DNA from: a virus
Direction: 5' to 3' (one strand)
DNA: 64,000 bases
Virus record (IMG/VR): IMGVR_UViG_3300047546_001659
Coordinates: 1-64,000 of that record
In this document: positions 1 to 9,318 of the stretch, piece after piece
Layout: every line of letters begins with the position of its first letter
Position numbering within the stretch: position 1 is the stretch's first letter
Program-made: the position numbers and the translations under genes
The notes under the pieces: model-generated
Databases searched by the model: none
What the model was told of the DNA's origin: nothing
The model's input: the letters and a program-made list of their open reading frames with translations, nothing else

Positions 1-256
1 CTTCAGCAGCATAATAGTCGTCTTTTACTTTAAGATCTTTATCATAATTTTCTTTTGATTCATCTTCAGACTTGTAGATTTCATAAGAAGCAGTTGGTTG
101 ATCTTTCTTTCTTTCAAGACCCTTGAATACATGATCTTGATCAGTAACACCGGGGACTACTTTTTTATTAAGCAATACTTTATGCATTGCTTTGAAGTTC
201 TTTTCCCCTTTAGAAAGAGGTTCTGCTACTTCCTGAATATCATTGGGTGACTTCAT
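1..256 (-). CDS. Hypothetical protein, probably prohead core/scaffold-associated; runs off the window edge
   Basis: Not in the ORF track. ATG at 256 with GAGGA SD at 265-269; frame open to position 1 (MKSPNDIQEVAEPLSKGEKNFKAMHK...). Highly charged; lies where gp68 sits in T4, after the portal and gp67-like genes. Confidence 0.55.
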   Translation of the reverse strand, partial: MKSPNDIQEVAEPLSKGEKNFKAMHKVLLNKKVVPGVTDQDHVFKGLERKKDQPTASYEIYKSEDESKENYDKDLKVKDDYYAAE

Positions 257-482
257 CTGATGGTTCCTCAATTTGTGTTTCTGTTGTTTCATCTGAAAAT
301 TCTGCCTGGGGCTCTTCATTTTGAATTTCAGGTTCATAACCAAACATCTGAGCTGCAACAGAAGGGAACATATTGTTAATTGCCTCAGCTGCCTTTGATG
401 TCATTACTGAATCAATAGCAGGCGCAAGATTAACAGCGTCCTTATTCCATGCATGAACTAGAATATCTTCAATATCACTCAT
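240..482 (-). CDS. Small acidic prohead core protein (gp67-like by position)
   Basis: 80 aa with a very acidic C-terminus, directly downstream of the portal gene; GGAGG SD; late-promoter box upstream. Confidence 0.55.
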   Translation of the reverse strand: MSDIEDILVHAWNKDAVNLAPAIDSVMTSKAAEAINNMFPSVAAQMFGYEPEIQNEEPQAEFSDETTETQIEEPSDEVTQ

Positions 483-505
483 TTTGCCTCCAAAATTCTT
501 TAATT

Positions 506-513
506 TATTTATA
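506..513 (-). promoter_or_regulatory. T4-type late promoter TATAAATA
   Basis: Plus strand reads TATTTATA at 506-513, in the gap upstream of 240..482. Confidence 0.7.
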
Positions 514-524
514 AAAATATCATA

Positions 525-2117
525 TTATCTACCAGCACCGTCTATATTAGGAACAGTGCCTGGTTTTTGTTGTATTGTTTGTGCATCATTAAAATTAGTA
601 TTTGCTATGGTGTCTTCTTCACCATCAGCTGGTTCAGGATAACTTCCTTCTTCAGCAATTTCTTCCATCATTTGTTGAATATCTTCATCAGATTGCATGA
701 GAATATTCTTGCGTACCCATTTATCTGAATAAAAACGACCAATATATGGGAGTACATTTTGAAGATTCTGAAGTCTATTTTGTAATACTTCAGCTTGTTT
801 AAATTCTTCAAAATGATTATCTATAGCAAAGTCAAAGTTAATTGCATTAGAAATAGCTGGCCAATCTTGCTCAGAAACAATACCCTTAAGGATTAATTGT
901 TTCTCTAAAGCCTTCATGAATAATTGAGAAAATCTCTTTCTCAAACGGCCGGCAAATTTAGTAAACTTTACTTCGTCACGAGTAATTTCGGCAGCACGAC
1001 CTAAATTAAATCCTGCCTCAGCACCTTGTAAACGTGATACTGGAACGTTCAATGATTGATAAAGTTTTTTAAGAAAATATTCAACGTCTTGTATTTCACC
1101 AAGATTCTGGCCGGCTGGTAATGTAGTGATTTCTGTACCACGATTACCTTCACGACGAGGAAGCCAATAATCTTCTAACATCGTCATATACTTACGATCG
1201 TCACGCACCTCACCAGTAGTAGCGTCATACACAAGACGGTTCTTGTGCTTGACCATCATCTCTCTAAGATATTGTTCTGCCTTTATCTTAGGAAGATTTC
1301 CAACGTCAATATAGAATATGCGACGTTCAGGAGCACGGGAAATACGATATATAACTGTCGCATCTTCAAGAGTTCTCAATTGGTTAAGTGGACGGATAGC
1401 CTTCTGTAGATAAGAATAAACAAATGCGTTGTTCTTATCCATCAAACCTGATGTGCAATGTAGAATAGAATCTACAGATATTTTAACGCCTTGAGTGGCA
1501 CCAGTATCCAATGGAAGACCAGCATTACCACCAGCAGGTAGGAAGTTTCTTTCGTTATAAACGAAGTATTCATTTTGCTTAGCAGTAACTGTTACCATAC
1601 CTTTTGGTTTTTTACGAACTTCACGAACCTTGCGAATCTTACGAGGATCAATGTAGCGAAGTTCTTTAATACCAAGACGAGGATTTTGTTCGTCAATAAT
1701 TACATGGAAATACATTCTTCCATCAATATACCATCTTTTAACAATTTCATAAGCTTCATTTTGAAAATTTAAAAGATCAAGAATGTTTTCAAATTCATCT
1801 TTGATTTTATTTTTAACTTGATCAGAGTATTCAAGTTTATCTGTGTTGATATCTACTATCTTATCAGAGTCTGTATCAACCATTTCGTTTACAATATCGT
1901 CAATAGCACGATCAATGTCTGCTTCTAAAGAAATTTCACGATATTTTGAAACTAATTCTGATTCTGTTCTTGCGGTACCATCAAGATCAATATAGGTACC
2001 ATAGGCACCACCTGCTGCAACTACAACTGCACCATCATCGTTGACTCTTGGAGCAAACGATTCTACAGGGGTTTCATCTTTTCTTTTGATTTCAAAGCCA
2101 AAAAGCTGTACTGCCAT
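525..2117 (-). CDS. gp20: Portal vertex protein (T4 gp20 family)
   Basis: Motifs LFGFEI, WYIDGR, IYRISRAPERRIFYIDVGNLPKIKAEQY, MLEDYWLPRREGNRGTEITTLP, ITRDEVKF; synteny gp19-gp20. Confidence 0.98.
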   Translation of the reverse strand: MAVQLFGFEIKRKDETPVESFAPRVNDDGAVVVAAGGAYGTYIDLDGTARTESELVSKYREISLEADIDRAIDDIVNEMVDTDSDKIVDINTDKLEYSDQVKNKIKDEFENILDLLNFQNEAYEIVKRWYIDGRMYFHVIIDEQNPRLGIKELRYIDPRKIRKVREVRKKPKGMVTVTAKQNEYFVYNERNFLPAGGNAGLPLDTGATQGVKISVDSILHCTSGLMDKNNAFVYSYLQKAIRPLNQLRTLEDATVIYRISRAPERRIFYIDVGNLPKIKAEQYLREMMVKHKNRLVYDATTGEVRDDRKYMTMLEDYWLPRREGNRGTEITTLPAGQNLGEIQDVEYFLKKLYQSLNVPVSRLQGAEAGFNLGRAAEITRDEVKFTKFAGRLRKRFSQLFMKALEKQLILKGIVSEQDWPAISNAINFDFAIDNHFEEFKQAEVLQNRLQNLQNVLPYIGRFYSDKWVRKNILMQSDEDIQQMMEEIAEEGSYPEPADGEEDTIANTNFNDAQTIQQKPGTVPNIDGAGR

Positions 2118-2138
2118 ATTATATTTTCCTTAGAGAAG

Positions 2139-2167
2139 AGGGCCGTCTGAATATTTATGACGGCCCT
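2139..2167 (-). terminator. 9-bp GC-rich stem-loop between tail tube and portal genes, with a late-promoter-like CATAAATA spanning the loop
   Basis: AGGGCCGTC (2139-2147) and GACGGCCCT (2159-2167) form a perfect inverted repeat with an 11-nt loop. The pyrimidine tail on the minus strand (CTTCTCT) is weak. Confidence 0.6.
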
Positions 2168-2179
2168 TTATCCCTATGG

Positions 2180-2731
2180 TTATGATCCACCTGCGTTGCC
2201 AGTTATACTGTTCAACACTTCGAAATTATCATATTGGAATTGAACCTGGAAAGCTTCAATTTCATCTGTTGTATTCCAATCAAGATCAATAGGAGATACT
2301 ACTTGTGGGAATATTCCATTGAATTGATATACTCTAAGAATTTCACCAGCTTTACCATACTGAGTAACAGTAGCTTGTGATTTATAGAGTGAAGGTGCAC
2401 CAGATCCAAGATTATTGATATTTTGCTGATACAACTGAATTGAATTGTTCCATTGTTCCATTGCATTACGAACGAGGAAGTCTTCGTCGTTAATGATTGT
2501 AACAGTCCATGGATCAAATACACGGTCACCAGCAATCTTAAGTTTTCTTCCAAAATATGGTACTTCAATTAGACCCAATGTTGAACTTGGAATCTGAGCT
2601 GTACGACATAAGAAAGGAGTCTTAAGATCAGCAACAGGATTAACAGGATTACTGATAATTACCTGGAATAAACTTGCGCGAGCTCCACCGAAGGTAAGCT
2701 GGGCGCGAATGTCATTAATATTAAAAGCCAT
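2180..2731 (-). CDS. gp19: Tail tube protein (T4 gp19 family)
   Basis: GGARASLF, IEVPYFGRKLKIAGDRVFDPWTVTIINDEDF, FPQVVSPIDLDW; follows the sheath gene. Confidence 0.97.
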   Translation of the reverse strand: MAFNINDIRAQLTFGGARASLFQVIISNPVNPVADLKTPFLCRTAQIPSSTLGLIEVPYFGRKLKIAGDRVFDPWTVTIINDEDFLVRNAMEQWNNSIQLYQQNINNLGSGAPSLYKSQATVTQYGKAGEILRVYQFNGIFPQVVSPIDLDWNTTDEIEAFQVQFQYDNFEVLNSITGNAGGS

Positions 2732-2745
2732 TTACCATTCTCCCC

Positions 2746-4767
2746 TTAGAACTTGCCTACGATTTCATCAAACTCTACACCGGTGCGAACAGCAACGAAG
2801 TTAAGCTGGATGAAGTTGATTGAACGTGCTGGTTTAATGTAGATATCACCACGGAATTCGTTGCGATCAATAACCTCTGGAGTGTTGTTTGTTGTGTCAC
2901 AAACTACTCTGAAGTCATAGATACCACGACGACCCTGAATATCACGAAGATATGGTTCTACAAGATTGCGGAAAGCTGCTCTTGTAAAATCATCGTTCAT
3001 TTCAAATAGTGATGATTGAGCTGCCTTAGCAATTGCCTTTTCAAGCACAATGAACAATCTACGTACGTTAATACGATCGAATGCAGAAGGCTTGTTAAGA
3101 AGTGTTTTATCACCATAAAGAACAACACCTTGACCAGGGAAGTTCACTACAGGATTTACACCATTCTTATAAAGTTGATCACGATCAGCCTTATCAGGAT
3201 TAAATGCAAGCTTTACAACATTCTTAATTGCGCCACGATTGAAACCTGCAGGTGAGAACCAAGGATCGCGAAGATTGTCAGTTCTTACGCAGAGACCGGC
3301 AATATCACCATTCATTGGAACCCAACGGTACACATCGTTATACTTATCGTATTGATACTTGTGTCCTGAATCAAGAACAGCATAAGATGTTGAACGAAGA
3401 AGATTTCTAAAAGCTACAACATTTGACATTTCACTTCCAGGTACATTTACAGTTGAAGTACTTGGCGGTGTTATGAAAGCAACGCAGTCTTTTCTTACTT
3501 CGCAAACGTTATCTATGATGTAATTTGCAACTTGTTCTCCTGAACCACCGTAAGCACGACCAGCAAGAATAAGTGAAATATCTACGTCTTCTGATGAAGA
3601 GAAGAGATCATAGGCAGTTAAAATTTTAGATACTGATATTGAAGACTCAGCATCGTCTGAACCACCACCAGCAAATGACATTGTTCTTACTTTTTTATTA
3701 TTAAGAGCAGTCATTGAGGCCGCAGTTGTACTTGAAAATAGATCGTATCCTGGCCATACCCACTGTGAATTGTTCTTAAGAACATCTTTCCAATAGATTG
3801 AACCACCTTGTTCACCACGGGCGTCAGAAGCACGTGATACATTTTTCCAAACTTCAAGAATTTGACCTGGGGTACCTGTGATAGCACCGTCTTCATCAGC
3901 AACAACAATATGCATTTCATCGCTTACAGCTGTATTTGCATTTCTTGCTGAGAAGTAATTTGATTTACCAGGAGCTGAATCTACAGAATTAAAATATTCC
4001 CAATATCTTGTTGCTGCGGAAGTACCAGCCGCAACTTGATAAGACCAGTTACCCTTAAGTTTTTGTACACCGTCAATTGTGTATGTAACTTCTGAAGCTC
4101 CAGTTTGTTCTACAGATTTTACTTTTACATACTGTGTTCCAATTGTTGAATTTCCGATTAGAATATAATCACCAATATTAATAGTGTTAAAAACATCGGT
4201 AGCAGCATCAACTGCAAATGTATTAGAGCCTGTGAATACTAAAGTACTTGCTCCAACGTTAATTGAAACTGTGAGGTCTGCATTAGCTGTTGGTGTGGTT
4301 GCAGCAATTGAACCTGAATATGCAGTAGCATCTGGGCACACAGAAATTTTCAATGAGTTTCCAAGTGAACCTGGATATTTTGCATAAAAATTAATTGAGT
4401 CACTTGATGTTAAAGTAGATTCATTGGCAGTGTAATCAACATTATTTTTAATTACTGAAGTTGAAGATGAAGCACCGCCTGTGTTTGCAACAGCGTTATA
4501 ATTAGTAGCACCAGCTGCTCTTGATACAAACAATTGATTGCCGTAGGCAAGAAAATTTGCAGCAGTGAAAAATGTTTCGAAATTTGATGATGTTGGCTTA
4601 CCATATACATTGACTAACTCATCCTCAGAAGAGATAAGAACTCTCTCTTCTACAGGACCCCAGCGAAATACGCCGCCAATAGCGCCTACAGTTGAAGTAA
4701 CTGCTGGCACAATCGTAGTTAAGTCAATTTCTGATACATTAACACCAGGACTTACTTGAAATGGCAT
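2746..4767 (-). CDS. gp18: Contractile tail sheath protein (T4 gp18 family)
   Basis: SPGVNVSEIDLT, FRWGP, WFSPAGFNRG, SAFDRINVRRLF, IYIKPARSINFIQLNFVAVRTGVEF. Confidence 0.98.
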   Translation of the reverse strand: MPFQVSPGVNVSEIDLTTIVPAVTSTVGAIGGVFRWGPVEERVLISSEDELVNVYGKPTSSNFETFFTAANFLAYGNQLFVSRAAGATNYNAVANTGGASSSTSVIKNNVDYTANESTLTSSDSINFYAKYPGSLGNSLKISVCPDATAYSGSIAATTPTANADLTVSINVGASTLVFTGSNTFAVDAATDVFNTINIGDYILIGNSTIGTQYVKVKSVEQTGASEVTYTIDGVQKLKGNWSYQVAAGTSAATRYWEYFNSVDSAPGKSNYFSARNANTAVSDEMHIVVADEDGAITGTPGQILEVWKNVSRASDARGEQGGSIYWKDVLKNNSQWVWPGYDLFSSTTAASMTALNNKKVRTMSFAGGGSDDAESSISVSKILTAYDLFSSSEDVDISLILAGRAYGGSGEQVANYIIDNVCEVRKDCVAFITPPSTSTVNVPGSEMSNVVAFRNLLRSTSYAVLDSGHKYQYDKYNDVYRWVPMNGDIAGLCVRTDNLRDPWFSPAGFNRGAIKNVVKLAFNPDKADRDQLYKNGVNPVVNFPGQGVVLYGDKTLLNKPSAFDRINVRRLFIVLEKAIAKAAQSSLFEMNDDFTRAAFRNLVEPYLRDIQGRRGIYDFRVVCDTTNNTPEVIDRNEFRGDIYIKPARSINFIQLNFVAVRTGVEFDEIVGKF

Positions 4768-4811
4768 TGGTTTCTCCTTTATAATAAAATATTTTCAGTA
4801 TCTAGTATGAT

Positions 4812-4819
4812 TATTTATA
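4812..4819 (-). promoter_or_regulatory. T4-type late promoter TATAAATA for gp18
   Basis: TATTTATA on the plus strand in the gp17/gp18 gap; AAGGAG SD before the gp18 ATG. Confidence 0.75.
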
Positions 4820-4824
4820 AAATC

Positions 4825-6423
4825 CTAGTTTAGAAGAAACCTTTCGAAGGCATTATCACTCATAGTCTTAGGTCCTAGGTCATCAGGATGGCCGTCATCT
4901 AAGAAACCAAACGGGGTAAAATCATCCTCATGGGCATCCATAAGGCGTTGTCTAATATCTGTATTAGAAACGTCCTTAAAATAATTCTGTTGTATAAGCC
5001 AAGCAAACATAACCAAACACATTACCAAATCGTCATGATAGCCTTCTTCAGCATTATAAGACGTGCCATCTACCACATATGTTGACAACTCGTGAATTAT
5101 ATCATAGTCATTTAATATTATCTTATTTTCTTCTATAATTGATTTTATATTTGCACAACCTATTCTTTTAGTTATTTTCGTTGTTTTTATACCTAATCTA
5201 GATTGACCCGGATTGTTTCCTACAACAGTACCCTTTCGGCCGGTCTGTCTAGTCATAATTACATTTTCGTATTCTAAATCTTGATGTAGAATGTTAACGA
5301 CCTGAGACCCAACATTTACCTCAATCAGAACAGCAGCATCATTATAATACCTACCAACATTGTGAATTAATGTTGGAAATAAAAGCTGAGATATATTAGA
5401 ATCAGCAAAAGTAGCCACCACTTCATACGGAACCGTAGTGCAATCTATTACAACAAAAGTTGATGCATCAAGGCCTAAACCTTCAGAAACATCTACCGTC
5501 ATAGCATAGATATGGTCCTTTACGGGTTGTTTATATACATTGACACCCCCGTTAATTTCAAGGGGTCTTACAAAGGTCAATTTATTAAGTGTTGAGGGAT
5601 GAATCAACGTATTGGTAGATCCTAAGAACTCACATTCAAACTCTTGCCTGAATTGATCAACGGAGGTATTTCTGATTGTCTCCTCTTTCCATCTTTCATC
5701 TCTACCAGGAACATCTGACCAATGTACATCTACACGAGCGTAGTTATTTCTACCCTCCTCTGAATCTACCCAAATCTTATAGAATAGATTCATTCCATTT
5801 GGTGTAGATGTTATGAGAAGTTTGGATGTGTTACCTGACGAAATTGTAGGAAAGACCGAAGCAAAGAAGGCGTCTTGTACGTTACGCGGGACGAAGGCAA
5901 ACTCGTCCAGATATACAAGATTATATGATTGACCACGAACAGCAGATGAGGATGTAGATGAAGCTAGAATCTTAGAACCATTTTCAAGTTCTATGTTACC
6001 CTTATTCCATTCAACAATACCTTGTTGCATCCATTTAGGAAGCCATTCATAAGCAAGTTGAACACGAGATAAAATTTCTCTGGCTTGACGTTCTTTATTA
6101 GCTAATACTGCAATATTGTAATTCTCGTTAAATAATACCTTATGAAGTAGATAACCAACAACCCCTGTGGTTTTACCCACCTGACGAGGCATCTTACATA
6201 TTGTAAATCTATTATCATCAAAGGTCTTAAACATCCTTTTTTGATATTCAAAAGGTTTAAAAGGTATAAGACCTCTATCAACTGAAACAATCTTTACGTA
6301 TTTTTCACAAAAGTAATCAACATCTTCAGCACACTTAATGTATTCCTGAATTTGTTCTTTTGTATATTGTAGTTTGACGTCTCTGTTCTTTAGGTTTTTA
6401 TTACCTAGATATATCTCGCTCAT
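4825..6423 (-). CDS. gp17: Terminase large subunit (T4 gp17 family)
   Basis: Walker A RQVGKTT, Walker B LVYLDEFAF, coupling motif STPNG, nuclease motifs VDVSEG and HDDLVM; no intein visible. Confidence 0.98.
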   Translation of the reverse strand: MSEIYLGNKNLKNRDVKLQYTKEQIQEYIKCAEDVDYFCEKYVKIVSVDRGLIPFKPFEYQKRMFKTFDDNRFTICKMPRQVGKTTGVVGYLLHKVLFNENYNIAVLANKERQAREILSRVQLAYEWLPKWMQQGIVEWNKGNIELENGSKILASSTSSSAVRGQSYNLVYLDEFAFVPRNVQDAFFASVFPTISSGNTSKLLITSTPNGMNLFYKIWVDSEEGRNNYARVDVHWSDVPGRDERWKEETIRNTSVDQFRQEFECEFLGSTNTLIHPSTLNKLTFVRPLEINGGVNVYKQPVKDHIYAMTVDVSEGLGLDASTFVVIDCTTVPYEVVATFADSNISQLLFPTLIHNVGRYYNDAAVLIEVNVGSQVVNILHQDLEYENVIMTRQTGRKGTVVGNNPGQSRLGIKTTKITKRIGCANIKSIIEENKIILNDYDIIHELSTYVVDGTSYNAEEGYHDDLVMCLVMFAWLIQQNYFKDVSNTDIRQRLMDAHEDDFTPFGFLDDGHPDDLGPKTMSDNAFERFLLN

Positions 6424-6619
6424 CTCTGATTGCTCTTTTAATTTCTACAACCTTTTCTTTTTCTATAAGCTCGATACAAAGGTTAGTAATATCTATATCT
6501 TTTTGCAAAAAAAACATTTTTGTTTTTAACTTTTCAAGTTGATCATTGTAAAATTTTAATTCTTCTTCTTTTCTTCTTTTTGTCTCGTATATATCAGTAA
6601 GAAGAATTATCTTACTCAT
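6401..6619 (-). CDS. Small charged coiled-coil hypothetical protein between the terminase subunits
   Basis: 72 aa, overlaps both gp16 (8 nt) and gp17 (23 nt) on the same strand, heptad-like pattern. Confidence 0.6.
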   Translation of the reverse strand: MSKIILLTDIYETKRRKEEELKFYNDQLEKLKTKMFFLQKDIDITNLCIELIEKEKVVEIKRAIRDERDISR

Positions 6620-7007
6620 TACTTTTATCTTTTATCATTTTAAGAAGATCAGCTGAAGTTAATACTAGATTATTATTAGTAATGTTCTTTTGTTCAGGAA
6701 CGTCTTCTTTTTCTAATTCTTTTTTAGCCTTAGCTAATTGTAAAAGGTCTTTATTAGCATCAGCCATTGTTTTAATAAGATTTGTGGCTACTTCAAAAGC
6801 ACGTGCCGATTCAGATTGTTTAGCAATATCAATAATATCTTCTAAAGCATTTTGACCTTTTTCAATAATATTGTATAAATTAGTACGTGCATATTCATAA
6901 TCATCACTATTATTGGCTTTGAGTGCAGGAAGAACCTGTGTTATTTTAGAGGGGGCTTCCATTGGTTCTATTCCTAATGATTGTGAAATAATGTCTTTCT
7001 TAGCCAT
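6612..7007 (-). CDS. gp16: Terminase small subunit (T4 gp16 family)
   Basis: DDYEYARTNLYNIIEKG, ESARAFEVATNLIKTMADANKDLL, ITNNNLVLTSADLLKM; position between gp15 and gp17. Confidence 0.92.
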   Translation of the reverse strand: MAKKDIISQSLGIEPMEAPSKITQVLPALKANNSDDYEYARTNLYNIIEKGQNALEDIIDIAKQSESARAFEVATNLIKTMADANKDLLQLAKAKKELEKEDVPEQKNITNNNLVLTSADLLKMIKDKSNE

Positions 7008-7008
7008 T

Positions 7009-7818
7009 TTAATTATCTTCTATTGTCACAATAAATCCATAATTATCATCTTCTTCAATTTGTGATAATGCAACGGATAAATCGGCATTACTAGTAGGTT
7101 CACCATCAATTGTCAATCCAGGTCTTACTGATGTTGTAGTCAATTCTGTGTTTGCAGTAAGATCAGGAAATATTTTAACAGTAGCAAATTTAATAATTTT
7201 ACTAGAAGTAACAGGTCCATAAAAGTAACACTTCATTGTAAAATTAAGAGTAAATGTTAAAACCTTACGAGCTAGAAAATCATTTTCATATGAGTCTTCA
7301 ATTTGTACGTCATTTAAAATAAGTGGTATATCTGTTACATTATCAAAATCATTTCCTAATAATTTTGCACTTACCGTCCATTCTGGCGTAAAATAGGGAA
7401 GAATCTGTTCAATAATTCGTAATCCATCTTCCATAGTTTTTGATAAAATTTGCAATTTAAATCCTACATCATAAGGTACAGGATTAAAAACCTTATCATA
7501 GACATTTGTACCATTTACATTTTTTCTTGAAACAATCTTATTGATTGTTTGCAGTTTTCTTTCAGGGGCATATTGAATAGCCGAGATTGCAAAGGCCATT
7601 CTAGGAAGCTTGATAGAAGTCAAAGCAATCGCATCTGGATTATCAGTAATACGAGCTAAAAACTTTTCACGAGGACCATATGCAATAGGAACTTTGAAAT
7701 TTTGTTCAAGATTACCATTTTCATCTCTTCTTTCAATCTTTATATTATTAAAAAGAGTGCCAAAAATAGTAACATATTTTTTAAATAATGTATTGTAAAA
7801 TGAAGTACCTCCAATCAT
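7009..7818 (-). CDS. gp15: Tail sheath stabiliser/terminator (T4 gp15 family)
   Basis: FGTLFNNI, KVPIAYGPREKFLAR, LPRM, PVPY, IIEQILPYFTP, TLNFTMKCYFYGP. Confidence 0.95.
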   Translation of the reverse strand: MIGGTSFYNTLFKKYVTIFGTLFNNIKIERRDENGNLEQNFKVPIAYGPREKFLARITDNPDAIALTSIKLPRMAFAISAIQYAPERKLQTINKIVSRKNVNGTNVYDKVFNPVPYDVGFKLQILSKTMEDGLRIIEQILPYFTPEWTVSAKLLGNDFDNVTDIPLILNDVQIEDSYENDFLARKVLTFTLNFTMKCYFYGPVTSSKIIKFATVKIFPDLTANTELTTTSVRPGLTIDGEPTSNADLSVALSQIEEDDNYGFIVTIEDN

Positions 7819-8546
7819 TAGGCTCTCCTTTCAAATTCACTGAATGGATCTCTTTCAGTAAAATCAAGGAAATCTAATCCTGAAGTTTCAAACATTTCAT
7901 TTTGAGCAGTACTATCAAGTTTATCAATATTATAATTTTCAGTCACAATAGGATCACCATTTTCGTCTGTAATAGTAACACCTGCCTCTGATTGCATATA
8001 ATATGGATCTGTTGTGGTTAAGAATGCATTATACGTTTGATCAATAATATCTACACCAGTATTAAATACCTCATTAGAGTATTCAAATAATTCACAAGTA
8101 AGATCATAAAATTGCAATGCACCCATTTGATAGAAGACAGGTTTCTTATTAACAAATTTAATAGTGTATAGTGCTTTTGTGAATGGGAAGAAAATTAAAT
8201 CACCTTCAAGTGGTCTATCTCTATTAAGTACTGATCCTACTTCTGAATCATATACTCTCATTGCAACAGAAAATGTAATCTGTTCTCTTACTTCTACACC
8301 AAATGCTGATAAGAATTCACCCTCACCATCAAACCCGTCAATATTACGTACATACATTTCTACAGAAATAGCATTACCATATTCAGTAAAGTTCTGTTCT
8401 CTAAATGTATTATTATAATTAACAATTTTTCTTGGAACGTAATAATTATCTACACCGTAAATTTTTATTGATTCAATTACTAGATCTTCAATTAATCTTT
8501 GTTCACCAGATGAAGAAAAATTGTTAAAATAAAGAGAAGTTGCCAT
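7818..8546 (-). CDS. gp14: Neck protein (T4 gp14 family)
   Basis: EQRLIEDLVIESIKIYG, YVPR, RPLEGDLIFFP, FYQMG, CELFEYSNE, DFTERDPF. Confidence 0.95.
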   Translation of the reverse strand: MATSLYFNNFSSSGEQRLIEDLVIESIKIYGVDNYYVPRKIVNYNNTFREQNFTEYGNAISVEMYVRNIDGFDGEGEFLSAFGVEVREQITFSVAMRVYDSEVGSVLNRDRPLEGDLIFFPFTKALYTIKFVNKKPVFYQMGALQFYDLTCELFEYSNEVFNTGVDIIDQTYNAFLTTTDPYYMQSEAGVTITDENGDPIVTENYNIDKLDSTAQNEMFETSGLDFLDFTERDPFSEFERRA

Positions 8547-8549
8547 CTA

Positions 8550-9290
8550 TTATCCGATCATATCAGTAACAGGGAGACTATAACTACTAATCATCTCTTG
8601 TTCGTATTTTTCAATCTCTTCATGAGCGTCATTATATATTTTTTCACCATTATATTGAACACCGCCAGGCAATTGCATTCCAATAAACTTAGTTAAATTA
8701 GAACCCCATTGTTTTTTAATTAAAGCTGTGGCATATCTTTGAAGCCAACGATCATTCCAAACATCTTGATAGTCTACAGGATCAACAACCTGATAAGCCT
8801 CAACAACAAGATATTGGCCAACAATAACTTTATCCCAATTGACGTCTACATATAGTTTATTTGTATTTCTATTATATCTTATAGGCTGTTTACCAACCAA
8901 CAATCCTTCTAATAATTGTAGATGTTGGAAAGCCATATAATAAGGTACCATTGATTGATATGTTAATGTGTATAAGTCATTTAAAGCAATTTGATATCTT
9001 ATATTGAAGATATTGTTTGTGGCAATATAATCGCCAATATCAAAGATATTAACAGCACCAATTATATTTTGAGGTAGAGTAATATATTTGTTATCAATAT
9101 CTTCTTGAGTAAATTGATGTTTATAATATATCTTTGATGTACCATCAAAATGATAATCCCAGTAATATTTGAGAGCTTCGTCTATACGATCCTCAACTTG
9201 ATCATCATCAACATTGATTTCAATGACTGGTTTGCCTAATTTTCTAAGGCAATATTCTTTAAATTCAGAACGAGAAGTAATTGTTGCCAT
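8550..9290 (-). CDS. gp13: Neck protein (T4 gp13 family)
   Basis: YCLRKLGKPVIEINVDDDQVEDRIDEAL, YHFDG, WLQRYATALIKKQWGSNLTKF, LPGGVQYNG. Confidence 0.96.
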   Translation of the reverse strand: MATITSRSEFKEYCLRKLGKPVIEINVDDDQVEDRIDEALKYYWDYHFDGTSKIYYKHQFTQEDIDNKYITLPQNIIGAVNIFDIGDYIATNNIFNIRYQIALNDLYTLTYQSMVPYYMAFQHLQLLEGLLVGKQPIRYNRNTNKLYVDVNWDKVIVGQYLVVEAYQVVDPVDYQDVWNDRWLQRYATALIKKQWGSNLTKFIGMQLPGGVQYNGEKIYNDAHEEIEKYEQEMISSYSLPVTDMIG

Positions 9291-9310
9291 TATTAAATAT
9301 CCTTTTGAGA

Positions 9311-9318
9311 TATTTATG
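9311..9318 (-). promoter_or_regulatory. Late promoter variant CATAAATA for gp13
   Basis: TATTTATG on the plus strand; the 15-mer TGAGATATTTATGTT (9306-9320) is repeated exactly at 46546-46560. Confidence 0.6.

Noticed and set aside
4825-6423. Intein, intron or homing endonuclease in terminase, portal or sheath
   Set aside because: Lengths and motif spacing are normal; no splice-junction, LAGLIDADG, HNH or GIY-YIG motifs were seen.
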